Shown here one piece after another: positions 62,975-64,000 of a stretch of 64,000 bases of DNA. Within the stretch, counting starts at the first letter, position 1. Each line of letters opens with the position of its first letter. The DNA comes from Stegostoma tigrinum (lineage: Eukaryota). The notes beneath the pieces were generated by a model. It worked only from the letters and a program-made list of their open reading frames with translations, ran no database searches and had not been told where the DNA came from. A program made the translations under genes and the position numbers. The stretch covers positions 88,382,838 through 88,446,837 of the forward strand of contig NC_081359.1 of assembly GCF_030684315.1 (NCBI RefSeq). Direction: 5' to 3'.

Positions 62975-64000
62975 AAATTCTTGAATCCATTATCAAGGAT
63001 GAGATTTCTAAATTCCTGGAAGTGCAGGGTCAGATTAGAACAAGTCAGCATGGATTTAGTAAGGGGAAGTCGTGCCTGACAAACCTGTTAGAATTCTTTT
63101 GAAGAGGTAACAAGTATGTTAAACCAGGGAAACCCAGTAGATGTTATCTACCCAGACTTCCAAAAGGCCTTTGATACGGTGCCTCACGGGAGGCTGTTGA
63201 GCAAAGTGAGAGCCCATGGTGTTCGAGGTGAGCTACTGGCTTGGATTGAGGATTGGCTGCCTGACAGAAGGCAGAGAGTTAGGATAAAAGGCTCTTTTTT
63301 GGAATGGCAACCAGTGACGAGTGATGTCCCGCAAGGTTCAGTATTGGGGCCACAGCTGTTCACCTTATATATTAATGATCTGGATGAAGGGACTGGGGGC
63401 ATTCTGGCAAAGTTTGCCAATGAATCGAAGATAGTTGGACAGGCAGGTAGTACTGAGGAGGTGGGGAAGCTGAAGAAAGCTTGAGACAGTTTAGGAGAGT
63501 GGTCCAGGAAATGGCTGATGAAATTCAATGTGAGTAAATGTGAGATTTTGCACTTTGGAAAAAAGAATACAGGCATGGACTATTCTAAATGGTGAGAAAA
63601 TTGGTAAAGCAGAAGTACAAAGGGATCTGGGAGTGTTGGTCCTGGATTCTCTAAAGGTTAACTTGCAGGTAGAGTCTGTGATTAAGAAAGCAAATGTAAT
63701 GTTGTTGTTTATCTCAAGATGGTTGGAATATGAAAGCAGCGATGTGCTTCTGAGGCTTTATAAAGCTCTAGTTAGGCCCCATTTAGAATACCGTGTCCAA
63801 TTTTGGGCCCCACACCTCAGGAAGGACATACTAGCCCTGGAGCGTGTCCAGCGGAGATTCACACGGATGATCCCTGGAATGGTAGGTTTAACGTATGATG
63901 AACGGCTAAGGATCCTGGGATTGTAATCATTAGAGTTTAGAAAGTTGAGGGGAGATCTAATAGAAACTTACAAGATAATGTATGGCTTAGAAGGGGTGGA
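62975..64000 (+). mobile_element. CR1 LINE ORF2 RT region (frameshifted)
   Basis: VDVIYPDFQKAFDTVPH, VPQGSVLGPQLFTLYINDLD, degenerate FADD (FANE), LVRPHLEYRVQFWAPH. Confidence 0.92.

Noticed and set aside
1-64000. CRISPR array, prophage or other prokaryotic system
   Set aside because: The window has spliceosomal introns and vertebrate retroelements throughout, with no regularly spaced repeat-spacer structure.

Overview
AT-rich vertebrate genomic DNA, most likely from a cartilaginous fish. The shark assignment is inferred from HE1-type SINEs, CR1/L2 LINEs and abundant Penelope-like elements. Three spliced genes could be rebuilt by hand, with GT-AG junctions and consistent phases. VPS36 is on the minus strand (coding exons 1-6, ATG at 20482, running off the left edge). 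CKAP2 is complete on the plus strand (9 coding exons, 33503-45997, 792 aa by my count). The 5' part of NEK3 is on the plus strand (4 coding exons from 50466, running off the right edge). Introns and intergenic DNA are filled with retroelements. At least four Penelope-like element (PLE) families are present, each with its own minimal hammerhead-ribozyme core (CUGANGA...GAAA). They occur as RT/GIY-YIG remnants, inverted-pLTR insertions with target-site duplications, and short palindromic non-autonomous hairpins. The most unusual observations are: a ~255-bp piece of VPS36 intron 3 copied into a PLE pLTR 26 kb away; intact hammerhead cores in the sense strand of a NEK3 intron; a small tRNA-derived SINE with long TSDs; and an altered APC/C degron layout in CKAP2. 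All assignments come from reading the sequence and recalled homology; no searches were run, and repeat boundaries are approximate.
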